NCBI GenBank assembly: GCA_963700155.1
Contig: OY969472.1
Coordinates: 872,690 to 936,689, forward strand
Direction of reading: 5' to 3'
DNA length: 64,000 nucleotides
Source of the DNA: an uncultured bacterium
GTDB taxonomy: Bacteria > Patescibacteriota > Dojkabacteria > J137
Shown: piece by piece, positions 18,505 through 29,074 of the stretch
How positions within the stretch are numbered: position 1 is the first letter of the stretch
Layout: every line of letters starts with the position of its first letter
Program-made: the position numbers and the translations under genes
Notes under the pieces: generated by a model
The model's database searches: none
What the model saw: the letters and a program-made list of their open reading frames with translations, nothing else
What the model was told of the DNA's origin: nothing

Positions 18505-19440
18505 TTATAATTCTTGTTCTAATCTTATTCTTTCTTTTTCAGTAGTTACTTTGAAATAATTAGAAAGTTCTTTGAAATCTATAATTACGTTGTCACCTTC
18601 TATTTGATAATAGTTTGTTTGTATTTTATTTAATATACTAACGAATTCTATTAAAATTGCATTTTTGCCGTAAATTTTAGTTTCTTCATCTAATAAATCA
18701 AACCGTTCGGCAATAATATTTTTGAGTATTTGAAGTTTGTATATAGGATCTAACTTTATAAATTTCTCAAGCCTAACAAAATTAACTGCATTATCAAGCC
18801 TTTCCAGTAATCGTCTCCAAGCTTGCTTTATTTCTATATAATTGTCTGGCAACTTATCTATTTCATCCTCGACTATTTTTATTGCTTCTAATAGTGATAA
18901 ATTACTTTTAGCATGATCAATTGCTATTTCTGCCATTTCGGTTATCTTATCTTTAATAATACTAAAGTTTAATGGATTACCATCTTCTAAAACATCAAGT
19001 TGTCTATCACAGTATAATAAGAAAGGTTCTATTTTTGGTCTAGATCTTCTTTCTTGTTCTTGAATATCTTCTTTTAGTATTACTAAAAGTTCATCGCTGT
19101 TAATATTTAATCTTTCAGGGTAAATATACCCATTACCATTTTCTGTGTAGCTAATTGAATTTTGTTTCTTCGTTTCTAAATTCTTCTTTGCTACATCATC
19201 ATCTATATATCCTTCCATCATTCTTCCAAATACTTCTGTATCCCAATTAACGGTAATGAATAGTCTTGATAGTTCTATCAGTGAAAATTGACTAAATTGA
19301 TCTGGAATAATATTTTTGTTTTCATCTAAAAATTTACTAATTAATTCTAACTTTTGTTTATAAGTTAAATTTTCGTAATTTGGAATCATTATTCCACCTT
19401 CGATATTTTCAATATTTCCTATTGGTATTTGATTTGGCAT
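18505..19440 (-). CDS. Hypothetical protein
   Basis: The ORF is 311 aa, acidic and alpha-helical in composition, on the same strand between gap and pgk. Confidence 0.4.
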   Translation of the reverse strand: MPNQIPIGNIENIEGGIMIPNYENLTYKQKLELISKFLDENKNIIPDQFSQFSLIELSRLFITVNWDTEVFGRMMEGYIDDDVAKKNLETKKQNSISYTENGNGYIYPERLNINSDELLVILKEDIQEQERRSRPKIEPFLLYCDRQLDVLEDGNPLNFSIIKDKITEMAEIAIDHAKSNLSLLEAIKIVEDEIDKLPDNYIEIKQAWRRLLERLDNAVNFVRLEKFIKLDPIYKLQILKNIIAERFDLLDEETKIYGKNAILIEFVSILNKIQTNYYQIEGDNVIIDFKELSNYFKVTTEKERIRLEQEL

Positions 19441-19461
19441 TTTATTTAAATAAATAATAAT

Positions 19462-20046
19462 TTAGCTTTCTTTAGGTAAGGGTTCAATATATTGATCTCT
19501 TTCAATTTGAGCTTTGATTCCATCAAGTAATGCTCTGAATTTACTTAAGATTAAGAATCCTCCACCTATAGTTCCTCTTATTCCAGAAATACCGTTTAAA
19601 GTAGAATACAGAGTTTTTAAATCTTCTAGATTTAATGATCCTTGAGAGTAAAAAAGTTTTAAGGAATTATAATAATTGTTTAAAAAATTTCCTATATCAC
19701 TATCTTCAATAATAAATTCATTGTCTTTCAATGCTTTTTGCATTATCTGTGTAACAGTTCTCCAGGCTTCTTTGGCTTGTTCATCATCTATAAATTTTTT
19801 GAGATCTGCAAGCTTTATTATGATATCAAACGTATCATTGTCATTGTAATCTTCAAGTTTTTCCATTACAGATTTATTTAGTTCTTCATATGAATATGCA
19901 AATTGAAGGATTGAAATTTCACCATTAGCGTAAGAATTTTTTAGAATGAGAATTTCTTCATTTAATGAGGCACGTATCTCATCAAGAATAAGTTTTTTAC
20001 CTCTTCTGTGTTCTAATGAAAAGGCTTTTGAGATTAAATTACTCAT
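19462..20046 (-). CDS. Hypothetical protein
   Basis: The ORF is 194 aa and lies directly downstream of gap on the same strand. Confidence 0.4.
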   Translation of the reverse strand: MSNLISKAFSLEHRRGKKLILDEIRASLNEEILILKNSYANGEISILQFAYSYEELNKSVMEKLEDYNDNDTFDIIIKLADLKKFIDDEQAKEAWRTVTQIMQKALKDNEFIIEDSDIGNFLNNYYNSLKLFYSQGSLNLEDLKTLYSTLNGISGIRGTIGGGFLILSKFRALLDGIKAQIERDQYIEPLPKES

Positions 20047-20104
20047 ATTTGATTCTAACAGATGTTGTATAAAATAAAAATTTTATAACTTTATACATGT
20101 TAAT

Positions 20105-21118
20105 TTAAAGGACAATATGATCAAGTAATTCTGCCATCCTGTTTGAATATCCCCATTCATTATCGTACCAAGAAATTAGTTTAAAGAACCTTGGATTTAA
20201 CTGAATACTTGCTGTTGCATCATAAATGCTAGATAAAGGATTATGTACGAAATCTGTTGATACGACTGGATCTTCTGTATAACCAAGAATATCCTTAAGA
20301 TAAGTTTCTGAAGCTTTTTTCATTAAAGAATTTATCTCTTCAAGACTTGTATCCCTTGCTGCTCTAAATGTCAAATCTAGCATTGAACTATCAATCACAG
20401 GAATTCTAATTGACATACCAGTGAGTTTCCCATTAACTTCAGGAATTATTCTTCCAATAGATTTTGCAGCTCCAGTACTTTCAGGAATAATATTCGCTGC
20501 TGCAGCTCTTCCACCTCTTAAATCTTTTTTTGAAGGTCCGTCCTGCAAACTTTGACTGGCTGTATAAGCATGAGCGGTTAGCATTAATCCTTCTTCTATT
20601 CCAATGCCTTCTTTTATTAAAACATGAACTATTGGAGCAATACAGTTTGTAGTACAACTTGCGTTTGAAATAATTTCTTCGTTATTATATTTGTCATGAT
20701 TAACACCCATTAAATACATTGGAGTTGCCTCATCACTTGGTGCAGAAATGATCACTTTTTTAGCCCCAGCTTTAATATGTCCAGAGGCAGCTTCATTTTT
20801 AGTAAACATTCCTGTTGATTCAATCACTACATCGATATTGTTATCTCTCCATGGCAATTCTTCTGGAGTAACCTTCATTGCGAGTGTCTTGAGTGTATAA
20901 TTACCAACTTGGATTGTAGTATCATCAATTGCTTTGACATCATAAGGTAAAGTTCTATGAACAGAATCGTATTTAAGAAGATAAGCTAATCCATCGGCTG
21001 GTACAAGATCATTGACTAATACAACTTCAACTTTTCCTTCAAGCATATTCCTTTCTAAAAGTGCTCTATAAACTAATCTGCCAATTCTGCCGAAACCATT
21101 GATTGCAACTCTTGTCAT
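20105..21118 (-). CDS. gap: Glyceraldehyde-3-phosphate dehydrogenase
   Basis: The active-site signature 'ASCTTNCIAP' and the N-terminal NAD-binding 'INGFGRIGR' are present. Confidence 0.9.
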   Translation of the reverse strand: MTRVAINGFGRIGRLVYRALLERNMLEGKVEVVLVNDLVPADGLAYLLKYDSVHRTLPYDVKAIDDTTIQVGNYTLKTLAMKVTPEELPWRDNNIDVVIESTGMFTKNEAASGHIKAGAKKVIISAPSDEATPMYLMGVNHDKYNNEEIISNASCTTNCIAPIVHVLIKEGIGIEEGLMLTAHAYTASQSLQDGPSKKDLRGGRAAAANIIPESTGAAKSIGRIIPEVNGKLTGMSIRIPVIDSSMLDLTFRAARDTSLEEINSLMKKASETYLKDILGYTEDPVVSTDFVHNPLSSIYDATASIQLNPRFFKLISWYDNEWGYSNRMAELLDHIVL

Positions 21119-21205
21119 ATTAAAATTTCTAATAAGTAAGGTTTATATTTGATTCTAATTGTGATTGTTAAACAGGTCAAGTTAAATTAATTTGTAAATT
21201 TTGAT

Positions 21206-21772
21206 TTGATTAAATATAATCAGCACAATTATTTAATTTTAATATTCTATATGAATAAAAAAACTAATGATGTAAATGGAATTTCAAATGAGTTTAAAGA
21301 TTTCTTTAAAGGTCCGATGGGTGCTTTAACAACTCTAATGGCTGTCTTAATAATTTCAGGATTATTATCAAAAGCAGATGATATGAGTAAAAAATTTATT
21401 TTGGATACTCCGGATGGTAATAAACAGGAGATGACAATTGATGAATTATCTTTGATGATGGGCAGAGGACCTGAAGCTTTAAGTTCTACTTTTCTTGCAT
21501 TAGCTTTGAAAAACTCTCAAGCAATTGACTTATCAAAGGATACTTACATATTATATTTTTTAAGAAATCATCCAAATAGTGTTGCAGTTGATATGCTTGG
21601 ATTTATAGAATCTGATCCAGTTGATGGCAAAACAGAATTTAGTTTTTACCTTCCTGAAGAAAGTGGTTATGTTAAAGTTGATACAGAAAAGTTTAATTCA
21701 GCGGTGATTCCACAAATTAGCCCTGATTTAGAATTAGAACTTATAAAAGAAGAAGCGACTCCTGAATCATAA
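21206..21772 (+). CDS. Hypothetical membrane-anchored protein
   Basis: It has one hydrophobic segment near the N-terminus and no recognisable motif. Confidence 0.35.
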   Translation: MIKYNQHNYLILIFYMNKKTNDVNGISNEFKDFFKGPMGALTTLMAVLIISGLLSKADDMSKKFILDTPDGNKQEMTIDELSLMMGRGPEALSSTFLALALKNSQAIDLSKDTYILYFLRNHPNSVAVDMLGFIESDPVDGKTEFSFYLPEESGYVKVDTEKFNSAVIPQISPDLELELIKEEATPES

Positions 21773-21779
21773 ATTATTT

Positions 21780-23177
21780 CTATATTTTTATAACTTCAAA
21801 GATATTTGGGAAATATTCATCACCACCAAATGGAGTTTTGCAAATTAATAATACACTTTCTCCTTTTGATACAATTTCTTTTTCCAAAGCAAATTTTCTA
21901 AGTTCATTTATTGCAATATCTCTATCTTTTACAACTTTATCTAAAACAAAAGTTCGATTAATCCCATTACTTAAAAGCATCCTTCTAGAATAAAAATCTT
22001 TACTTGTGAAAATATAGATTGGCTGTTTTATTCTATGTCTTCCCAAGAGTCTTGCAGTTCTTCCAGTTAATGAAACTACAATAACTTTTTTAATCTCGCT
22101 GTCCATTTCAATACATAATTGAGCCGCAGCTTTTGAGATTGAATCAGTTCCGATATATCCTTCTGCCCTGTCTGGAATTATCCTAGGCCTTAGATGCGGC
22201 TCAATTGCAGCTGCTATTTTTGAAATTTCTTGCACTGCTTCGACAGGATATTGCCCCGCAGAGCTTTCTCCTGAAAGCATCACAGCATCTGACCCTAACA
22301 TTATTGCTGTTGCAACATCATTAACCTCTGCTCTTGTTGGTCTTGGATTGTTAGTCATTGATTCAAGCATTTGGGTGGCTGTGATTACAGGTTTACCAAG
22401 TGCATTACATTTTTCAATTAACATCCTTTGTACCATTGGTACATTTTCTAAGCCTAACTCTACTCCGAGACCTCCTCTGGCAATCATTACACCTTCAACC
22501 TCTTCAAGAATTTCATCTATGTTATTCACTCCATTTGCATCTTCAATTTTTGCAATCAACTTCATATGACTGCCTTTTAAATATTCTTTTACTTCTTTGG
22601 CAGCTTGAGCAGATTGAATAAATGAGGCTGAAACAAAATCCCACCCCAAGTCTATTGAATGTTTAAGATTTGCTATATCTTTTTCAGTAAGAGATGAAGT
22701 TGCAAAGTCTGCGCCAGGAAAATTTAAAGCCTTACCTGGCTTTAAATTTTCCCCATAAAGAACTTCACAAATCATTTTATCTCCTTGAATCTCTTGTAAT
22801 GTTAGTTCAACATCTCCATCTCCAACAACTACTCTTTGACCAGGTTTTATTTGTTGATATAAATCTTTATAGTTTGCTGGATAAATTTCTGAATTTTCAT
22901 CATTTCCAATAATAATTTCATCTCCAGGTTTTATTCTTTTAACTTCAGAAAATTTGTTCATCCTAACTTCTGGTCCTTTTACATCCATCATCAATGCAAC
23001 TTCATCACTAACATCTCTAACAAGTTTTGTAACTTTGTCTAATTCTGCTTCATCAGCAAAAGCTCCATTTACTCTAGCAACATTCATTCCCGCATCGATC
23101 ATTTTTCTCATAACTTCAGGATCCCATGAAGAAGGCCCGATTGTACAAACTAATTTTGTTTTCTTTTCATAATTCAT
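21780..23177 (-). CDS. pyk: Pyruvate kinase
   Basis: It has 'KTKLVCTIGPSS', the 'MIARGGLGVE' active-site region and is ~465 aa. Confidence 0.85.
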   Translation of the reverse strand: MNYEKKTKLVCTIGPSSWDPEVMRKMIDAGMNVARVNGAFADEAELDKVTKLVRDVSDEVALMMDVKGPEVRMNKFSEVKRIKPGDEIIIGNDENSEIYPANYKDLYQQIKPGQRVVVGDGDVELTLQEIQGDKMICEVLYGENLKPGKALNFPGADFATSSLTEKDIANLKHSIDLGWDFVSASFIQSAQAAKEVKEYLKGSHMKLIAKIEDANGVNNIDEILEEVEGVMIARGGLGVELGLENVPMVQRMLIEKCNALGKPVITATQMLESMTNNPRPTRAEVNDVATAIMLGSDAVMLSGESSAGQYPVEAVQEISKIAAAIEPHLRPRIIPDRAEGYIGTDSISKAAAQLCIEMDSEIKKVIVVSLTGRTARLLGRHRIKQPIYIFTSKDFYSRRMLLSNGINRTFVLDKVVKDRDIAINELRKFALEKEIVSKGESVLLICKTPFGGDEYFPNIFEVIKI

Positions 23178-23290
23178 TGTTTCAAAATTTATAACTATAA
23201 CTAAAAAAATTGTATCACTATTAGGTATTCATATCTATTAGTTAAATTGTTGCCATGATATAATAACGAACGTTTTTAAAATATAAAAAT

Positions 23291-23875
23291 ATGAACAGAA
23301 TAATAAGCTTTGAACAAGAAAGTAATGATAAAACATTAGAAATAAATGACTCTCCAGAAGCTGATAGATTGTCGGTAGATACTAAAATAAGCACCCAGTT
23401 AAAATTTGATGACGACTGGAGAAATATTTTGAGTTCTGCTGAGAGAAATGTATTTCCTGAGGATATGGATTCTGAACCACATGATCTAATAAAAAGAAAG
23501 AAATTGATTGAAATTAGTGAATTTCAGAAAAGGACATTAAGATACAGAAAATTATTATTGGAGTACATAAATCTTGATGAAAATTGTAAGAAGTTTATTA
23601 AAATATATTTTAATAAGTTAAAGCAAAATTTTAAGGACCAAGGCCAAGACGTCGAACTAGTTATAGGAGATTTTGCCGAGTTACTTGTTAAAGCTTATGA
23701 GGTTCGCATAGGATTAAAACCATATGATGTTGAATTTATCGAAAAACTTGTAATTGAACTTGTTGATTATATTGGTTTTAAGCTAATTTGGGAACAAGCT
23801 CAAATTGACCAGCTTCATGCAATTATAAGTTTCTGTATTTATCAAGTACTTTCAGATCACTATATAACTGAATAA
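23291..23875 (+). CDS. Hypothetical protein
   Basis: The ORF is 194 aa and shows no recognisable motif. Confidence 0.35.
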   Translation: MNRIISFEQESNDKTLEINDSPEADRLSVDTKISTQLKFDDDWRNILSSAERNVFPEDMDSEPHDLIKRKKLIEISEFQKRTLRYRKLLLEYINLDENCKKFIKIYFNKLKQNFKDQGQDVELVIGDFAELLVKAYEVRIGLKPYDVEFIEKLVIELVDYIGFKLIWEQAQIDQLHAIISFCIYQVLSDHYITE

Positions 23876-23944
23876 TTCTTCAAGAAATTCTATACTTCAA
23901 AATTTGATATCATAATTTATAAATAATTTTTATAACATCTCCTT

Positions 23945-25288
23945 ATGTTGAAAATTGATTTTAGTAATATGTTTTCCACGAGACTTCAAGATGGTTTGAA
24001 AACAGAAGATCTCGAAACACTCTCAGTAAGAATGAATGAATTTAAAGCTCAGTTTAACAATGAGAAAGGAAGTTTCGGTTTCACAAAATTACCAAGTTCT
24101 TTTAAGACTTTAAAGAGCGATTTAGATAAATCTAACCAATGGGCTGAAAATATGCGTGATATTGTTGTAGTCGGAATTGGAGGTTCAGATCTAGGAGCAA
24201 GAGCAATTTACAGTGCTTTAAAATTTAAATCAGATAAATTGCGAAATTTATATTTTATGGGGGATACTACTGATCCTGATGCAATTTCAGAAGCCGTCTC
24301 TCAGATAGATTTATCTAAATCGCTCTTCTTAATAATTTCAAAATCCGGAAATACAATTGAGCAGGCAAGCAATTTTGTATATTTAAGAGATTTAGTAATT
24401 CAAAAATTAGGAAAAGGTGAAGAATTAAATCATTTCATTTTTTTAACTGATGAAAAATCTGGAACTTTAAGAGAAATAGCTAATAATGATGGATATAAAA
24501 CAATTTCTGTACCTTCAGATGTAGGTGGAAGATACTCTGTTCTATCAAGTGTAGGAATGGTTCCATCATATTTGGTTAGGTTAAATGTTGAAGATTTTTT
24601 AAAAGGAGCTTCAGATTTGGATATGCAGAATTCTGCCATGAAATATAATGAAGATTTAGCTTTGAAATATGCTGCGTTACAATTTTTATATTATAAATCT
24701 GGAAAGAATATTTCAGTTTTGATGCCATATAGATATTCACTATATGAATTTGCAAAATGGTTTAGACAATTATGGGCCGAGAGCTTGGGGAAACGGCTTA
24801 ATAATAAAGGTAATGAAGTTTTCGAAGGTATTACTCCAGTGGCTGCTCTCGGCCCAACTGATCAACATTCTCAGCTCCAGCTATATAATGAAGGTCCAAA
24901 TGATAAGGTTATAACCATTCTTGGAGTGCAAAATTCTAATAATGACATAGATCTACCTAATAATTTTTCTCATATAGAACAATATGAATTTTTAAAGGGA
25001 AAAAAGTTTAGTGAGATTTTAAAAACTGAAATGCAAGCAACATCTTATATTCTTACTAAAAATAGTAGACCAAATTGCACAATTACAATTGATAAACTTG
25101 ATGAATATCATTTAGGTCAATTATTTTATTTTTATGAGGTCTCATGCGTCTATTTAGGTTATTTTCTTGAAATAAATCCGTTTGATCAGCCTGGGGTTGA
25201 ACTCCAAAAAGATACAGTATATGGAATTCTTGGGGAAAAAGGATATGTAAAAGAGAAACAAGATTTTGATAATTTTATAAAATCATGA
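23945..25288 (+). CDS. pgi: Glucose-6-phosphate isomerase
   Basis: The PGI signatures 'GIGGSDLGARA' and 'VGGRYSVLSSVG' are present. Confidence 0.85.
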   Translation: MLKIDFSNMFSTRLQDGLKTEDLETLSVRMNEFKAQFNNEKGSFGFTKLPSSFKTLKSDLDKSNQWAENMRDIVVVGIGGSDLGARAIYSALKFKSDKLRNLYFMGDTTDPDAISEAVSQIDLSKSLFLIISKSGNTIEQASNFVYLRDLVIQKLGKGEELNHFIFLTDEKSGTLREIANNDGYKTISVPSDVGGRYSVLSSVGMVPSYLVRLNVEDFLKGASDLDMQNSAMKYNEDLALKYAALQFLYYKSGKNISVLMPYRYSLYEFAKWFRQLWAESLGKRLNNKGNEVFEGITPVAALGPTDQHSQLQLYNEGPNDKVITILGVQNSNNDIDLPNNFSHIEQYEFLKGKKFSEILKTEMQATSYILTKNSRPNCTITIDKLDEYHLGQLFYFYEVSCVYLGYFLEINPFDQPGVELQKDTVYGILGEKGYVKEKQDFDNFIKS

Positions 25289-25346
25289 TTTGCTAAATCT
25301 TTGTATATTTTGTTAACATTTACGGTTAACTTTTTAGCTAATGTAA

Positions 25347-25670
25347 ATGGATAATTTATATAATCGAGAAGGAAATAATCATAGTGTTAAGAAAGATATT
25401 TTAAACACAATATTTACACATTTTAGAGTTGATTTTTCATACTATAACTTTGATTTAAGCAATTTGGAATTAAGAAATGTGATTATGGAAGTAATAAACG
25501 AAGCTTTTAAAGATTGTAGGAGTAAAGAAATTTTAATGGAATGTCTAATAAATAAATTAGAAAGAAAATTTCCCGGACTATTTGTATCTGAAGAAAGTAA
25601 AAATGCTTTAAGAAATTGGATAGGTGTTTATTTACCAGATTTTAAACAAGATAAAACTTTGGAAGGATAA
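25347..25670 (+). CDS. Hypothetical protein
   Basis: The ORF is 107 aa. Confidence 0.3.
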   Translation: MDNLYNREGNNHSVKKDILNTIFTHFRVDFSYYNFDLSNLELRNVIMEVINEAFKDCRSKEILMECLINKLERKFPGLFVSEESKNALRNWIGVYLPDFKQDKTLEG

Positions 25671-25777
25671 ATAATCAGTTGTACTTACATTTTCCCCTAA
25701 AACTACTATAAATCGTACAATTTTTTTTTGCAGTTTATGTCCTATAGGTTATAATTACGAGTTGTAAATTAATTTAT

Positions 25778-26953
25778 ATGGCAGTTAATCAACAATCAAA
25801 ACAAGATAAATTAGAAAGAAAAGATCCTAACCAATTGTTAGAGGATTTTAAATTGCATATTTTAGAACTGTTGAACTCAAGTGATGTTGATAGTGCAGCT
25901 TTAGAATTAAATGAAATCATTGTGAATGTTTATAAATCTCTATATCAAACTCAGATGTATACAACTACACTTTCTTCAGGATTACTTAAAAAAGGAAGTA
26001 TAGAAGATTATAAAAGGAAGAAACAGGCTGCAGTCAATTTAATATTAAATTTATTACTTAGTTTTAAAGAAGCCTCCTTTTTTGATGAAATGTTGAATAA
26101 GATAATCCTAACAGGTAATGGCGCTCTTGAAAGCTTGATAGCTCTTTTACCAAATAGCAATACAGAAAAAATGCAGATTTTATACATAATTTCTAGATAT
26201 TCTAAGTCCGAAAATTTTAATTTAGAATTTCAAAAATGTCTTGTAAGTTTTTTTGCAGAAAAGTTAATTAGTGAATGTCCAAATCCCCTAACATTTTTTG
26301 ATGTTATAAAAAATAAGACATATTTTAGTAATATACTTGACCGACAAAATCAAACATACGAAGCTTTTGATGAGATGTTAAGTAATATAAATCTGCTAGA
26401 TGTTAATATTATAAATAATTTACACACAAAATTAAGTGAATTAGTTACAGAAATTATGAAGAATAAACAAATATTTAAAGAAAGCATTCAAAATAGAGGA
26501 ATTTTATTTATACAAGATATTAATGAGTTTTTATATTTATTGTCTCAAAATATTAAATTAGATGATATAGATGGATGGGGTGAGTTTTTAGAGCTAATTA
26601 GAGAAGCTGATTTCGAAAAAAGAAATGATGCAAAACTAGATGCCAATGGGAAGCTTTCTAAATTACTTGCTAATTCTGGATTTCAAATTGATTTATTTAA
26701 TCTGAAATTCGATCAAGAGTCTTATGATTCATTAAAACGAATGTTTAAACAAGCAGTTATGAAGAAACATCCTGATAGAATTTTGGCTAATGTAAGATTT
26801 ATAAATGGCAAAACTGAGCAAGGAATAAAGCAAGAAGATTTAAAAGCTTATATTACTTCAGATTTTCAGTCATTTAGTTCTGCTTTTGATGAAATTGAAA
26901 TATTTTTCAAAGGAATGTCACAGCCTGATAGACATTTCTTAGCAGAATCCTAA
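25778..26953 (+). CDS. Hypothetical protein
   Basis: The ORF is 391 aa and shows no recognisable motif. Confidence 0.35.
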   Translation: MAVNQQSKQDKLERKDPNQLLEDFKLHILELLNSSDVDSAALELNEIIVNVYKSLYQTQMYTTTLSSGLLKKGSIEDYKRKKQAAVNLILNLLLSFKEASFFDEMLNKIILTGNGALESLIALLPNSNTEKMQILYIISRYSKSENFNLEFQKCLVSFFAEKLISECPNPLTFFDVIKNKTYFSNILDRQNQTYEAFDEMLSNINLLDVNIINNLHTKLSELVTEIMKNKQIFKESIQNRGILFIQDINEFLYLLSQNIKLDDIDGWGEFLELIREADFEKRNDAKLDANGKLSKLLANSGFQIDLFNLKFDQESYDSLKRMFKQAVMKKHPDRILANVRFINGKTEQGIKQEDLKAYITSDFQSFSSAFDEIEIFFKGMSQPDRHFLAES

Positions 26954-28197
26954 CCTAAATCTTCTTCAATTCTTAAAAGTTCATTATATTTTGCAGTTCT
27001 TTCTCCTCTGCTTGGAGCACCTGTCTTAATTTGTCCACATCCTGTTCCAACAACTAAATGAGAGATTGTAACATCTTCAGTTTCTCCACTTCTGTGAGAA
27101 ACAATATTGTTCCATCCTGCATCTTGCGACATCTTCATTGCATCCAAAGTCTCAGACAAAGTCCCAATTTGATTTACCTTTACAAGCAAAGCATTACACG
27201 CTTTCTCATCAATACCTTTTTGAATCCTCTCGGTATTAGTTACAAGTAAATCATCTCCAATGATTTGAATCTTGTCACCTAACTTGGAGGTGAAATTTGT
27301 CCAATCATTCCATTCATCTTGACCATAAGGATCTTCAATACTAATCAAAGGATATTTATTAATCCAAGAATTTAATATTTCCATCCACTCTTCGGGATTA
27401 TATTCTTTATTTTCAGTTTTTAATTTATAAACATTTTTATCAGAATCATAGAATTCATCAGCTGCAGCATCAATACCAAAGAACACATCTTCCCCTGCCT
27501 TGTAACCAGCCTTATCAATTGCAGAAAGAATAGTGTCGAAAGCTTCTGTATTATTTTTGAAACCAGGAGCAAACCCTCCCTCATTACCGACGTTTGTTGA
27601 AAGTCCTTTGTCTTTTAATATCTGTTCTAAAGTTAAAAATATTTCACAAGCTGCCCTTAATTGTTCGTGATATTGTTTATTTTTTATTATGACTTGGAAC
27701 TCTTGAACATCTGTTGCCCAATTCGCATGTTTTCCACCATTCATTATATTAAATAAAACCCTAGGAAGTTTCATTTCTGAATTCCCATATAAATTATTAA
27801 TATATTTATACAAAGGAAGCTTTTGAGATGCAGCTACTGCATGCGCGAATGCCAATGAAATTCCTAAGATGGCATTCGCGCCAAGCTTAGATTTATTTTC
27901 TGTCCCATCGACATTGATAAGAAAATGGTCAAGATCATTTTGTGTTTTAAAATCCTGCCAAGACAATTCTTCTCTTAAAGATAAAACATTTTCTACAGCC
28001 TTGTGAACTGATTTGCCTAGAAAATCACTCTTGTCTCCATCTCTAAGCTCTAAAGCTTCATGAACTCCAGTTGACGCGCCACTTGGGACCGCTGCTCGTC
28101 CAAAACTTCCATCATCCAATGTTATATCAACTTCAACTGTTGGAGTGGCGCGTGAATCTATAATCTGTCTTGCTTTTATATCTTTAATTTTTGCCAT
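26950..28197 (-). CDS. eno: Enolase
   Basis: The enolase signature 'SHRSGETED' and the N-terminal 'IKARQIIDSRATPTVEV' are present. Confidence 0.9.
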   Translation of the reverse strand: MAKIKDIKARQIIDSRATPTVEVDITLDDGSFGRAAVPSGASTGVHEALELRDGDKSDFLGKSVHKAVENVLSLREELSWQDFKTQNDLDHFLINVDGTENKSKLGANAILGISLAFAHAVAASQKLPLYKYINNLYGNSEMKLPRVLFNIMNGGKHANWATDVQEFQVIIKNKQYHEQLRAACEIFLTLEQILKDKGLSTNVGNEGGFAPGFKNNTEAFDTILSAIDKAGYKAGEDVFFGIDAAADEFYDSDKNVYKLKTENKEYNPEEWMEILNSWINKYPLISIEDPYGQDEWNDWTNFTSKLGDKIQIIGDDLLVTNTERIQKGIDEKACNALLVKVNQIGTLSETLDAMKMSQDAGWNNIVSHRSGETEDVTISHLVVGTGCGQIKTGAPSRGERTAKYNELLRIEEDLG

Positions 28198-28221
28198 TTA
28201 TTTTTTGTAAAATATTAGATA

Positions 28222-28557
28222 CTATGCTTCTTTTAGTAAATTTTTTTCTGTTTCATCTTCTTTTATTAATCTATAAACTTCTTGTATAAAAGTCAAAGGA
28301 TTATTATGATTTCTAAATATATATTTAACCTCATCATTACTCATATTAGAAATTCTATTTTGAATTAATTCTACTTGCTCTAAATTATATCCTAGCATAG
28401 ATATAACTTTTTTAAAGTTACTTTCAACTTCTGCTTTAATTTTAGGAACATTATCATATAATGGTATTACTTTTTTACCGTGATCTAGTGTTAAGAATGC
28501 TAACGAACCTGTATTCAAACCTGTCCCAGTGTAGAAATTTCCATAAGCCTCGCTCAT
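28222..28557 (-). CDS. Hypothetical protein
   Basis: The ORF is 111 aa and lies downstream of eno on the same strand. Confidence 0.3.
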   Translation of the reverse strand: MSEAYGNFYTGTGLNTGSLAFLTLDHGKKVIPLYDNVPKIKAEVESNFKKVISMLGYNLEQVELIQNRISNMSNDEVKYIFRNHNNPLTFIQEVYRLIKEDETEKNLLKEA

Positions 28558-28625
28558 ATTTATTATTTAAAAATTAATTGTCAAGATATATAATAACTCA
28601 AAATTAATTTTTATATCCAGCAAAA

Positions 28626-29072
28626 ATGAAGGAATTTGTATCGAAGATAATGAAGTTTGTGAAAAAGAATTATATGATAATTGTTTTCCTAATTTCTGGT
28701 GCTGGTTTCTTTGGAAGTATGTTTTATAGTAACGTTTTAGATTTAAGCCCATGCGTACTTTGCTGGTATCAAAGAATTTTATGTTATCCAATATTTTTCC
28801 TTTCAGCTGCTTCAATTGCTTTAAAGGAGAAGCTTTCTCCAAGGTTTATATTAACTTTGGCAATACCTGGTTTAATAATTGCAGGATATCATTTTGGGAT
28901 TCAAAAGTTAGGATTCGAAGCAGACTTAGTTACTTGTATAGCAGGGAATCCATGTGCATCGGTAGACATTGAATATCTTGGATTTATAACAATTCCATTA
29001 ATGTCTTTTGCTGCATTCCTAGTAATTACTATTGCAAGTTACATTAAATTAAGAAAAACTCAGGAAGATTAA
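28626..29072 (+). CDS. Disulfide bond formation protein B (DsbB/BdbC family)
   Basis: 'PCVLCWYQRI' is the conserved first-loop Cys pair of the BdbC/DsbB family. It has four TM helices and a second Cys pair, 'CIAGNPC'. Confidence 0.65.
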   Translation: MKEFVSKIMKFVKKNYMIIVFLISGAGFFGSMFYSNVLDLSPCVLCWYQRILCYPIFFLSAASIALKEKLSPRFILTLAIPGLIIAGYHFGIQKLGFEADLVTCIAGNPCASVDIEYLGFITIPLMSFAAFLVITIASYIKLRKTQED

Positions 29073-29074
29073 AT

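Noticed and set aside
28567-28842. A 91-aa minus-strand ORF overlapping dsbB
   Set aside because: It overlaps a gene with the clear BdbC/DsbB signature on the other strand, and its translation is low-complexity.
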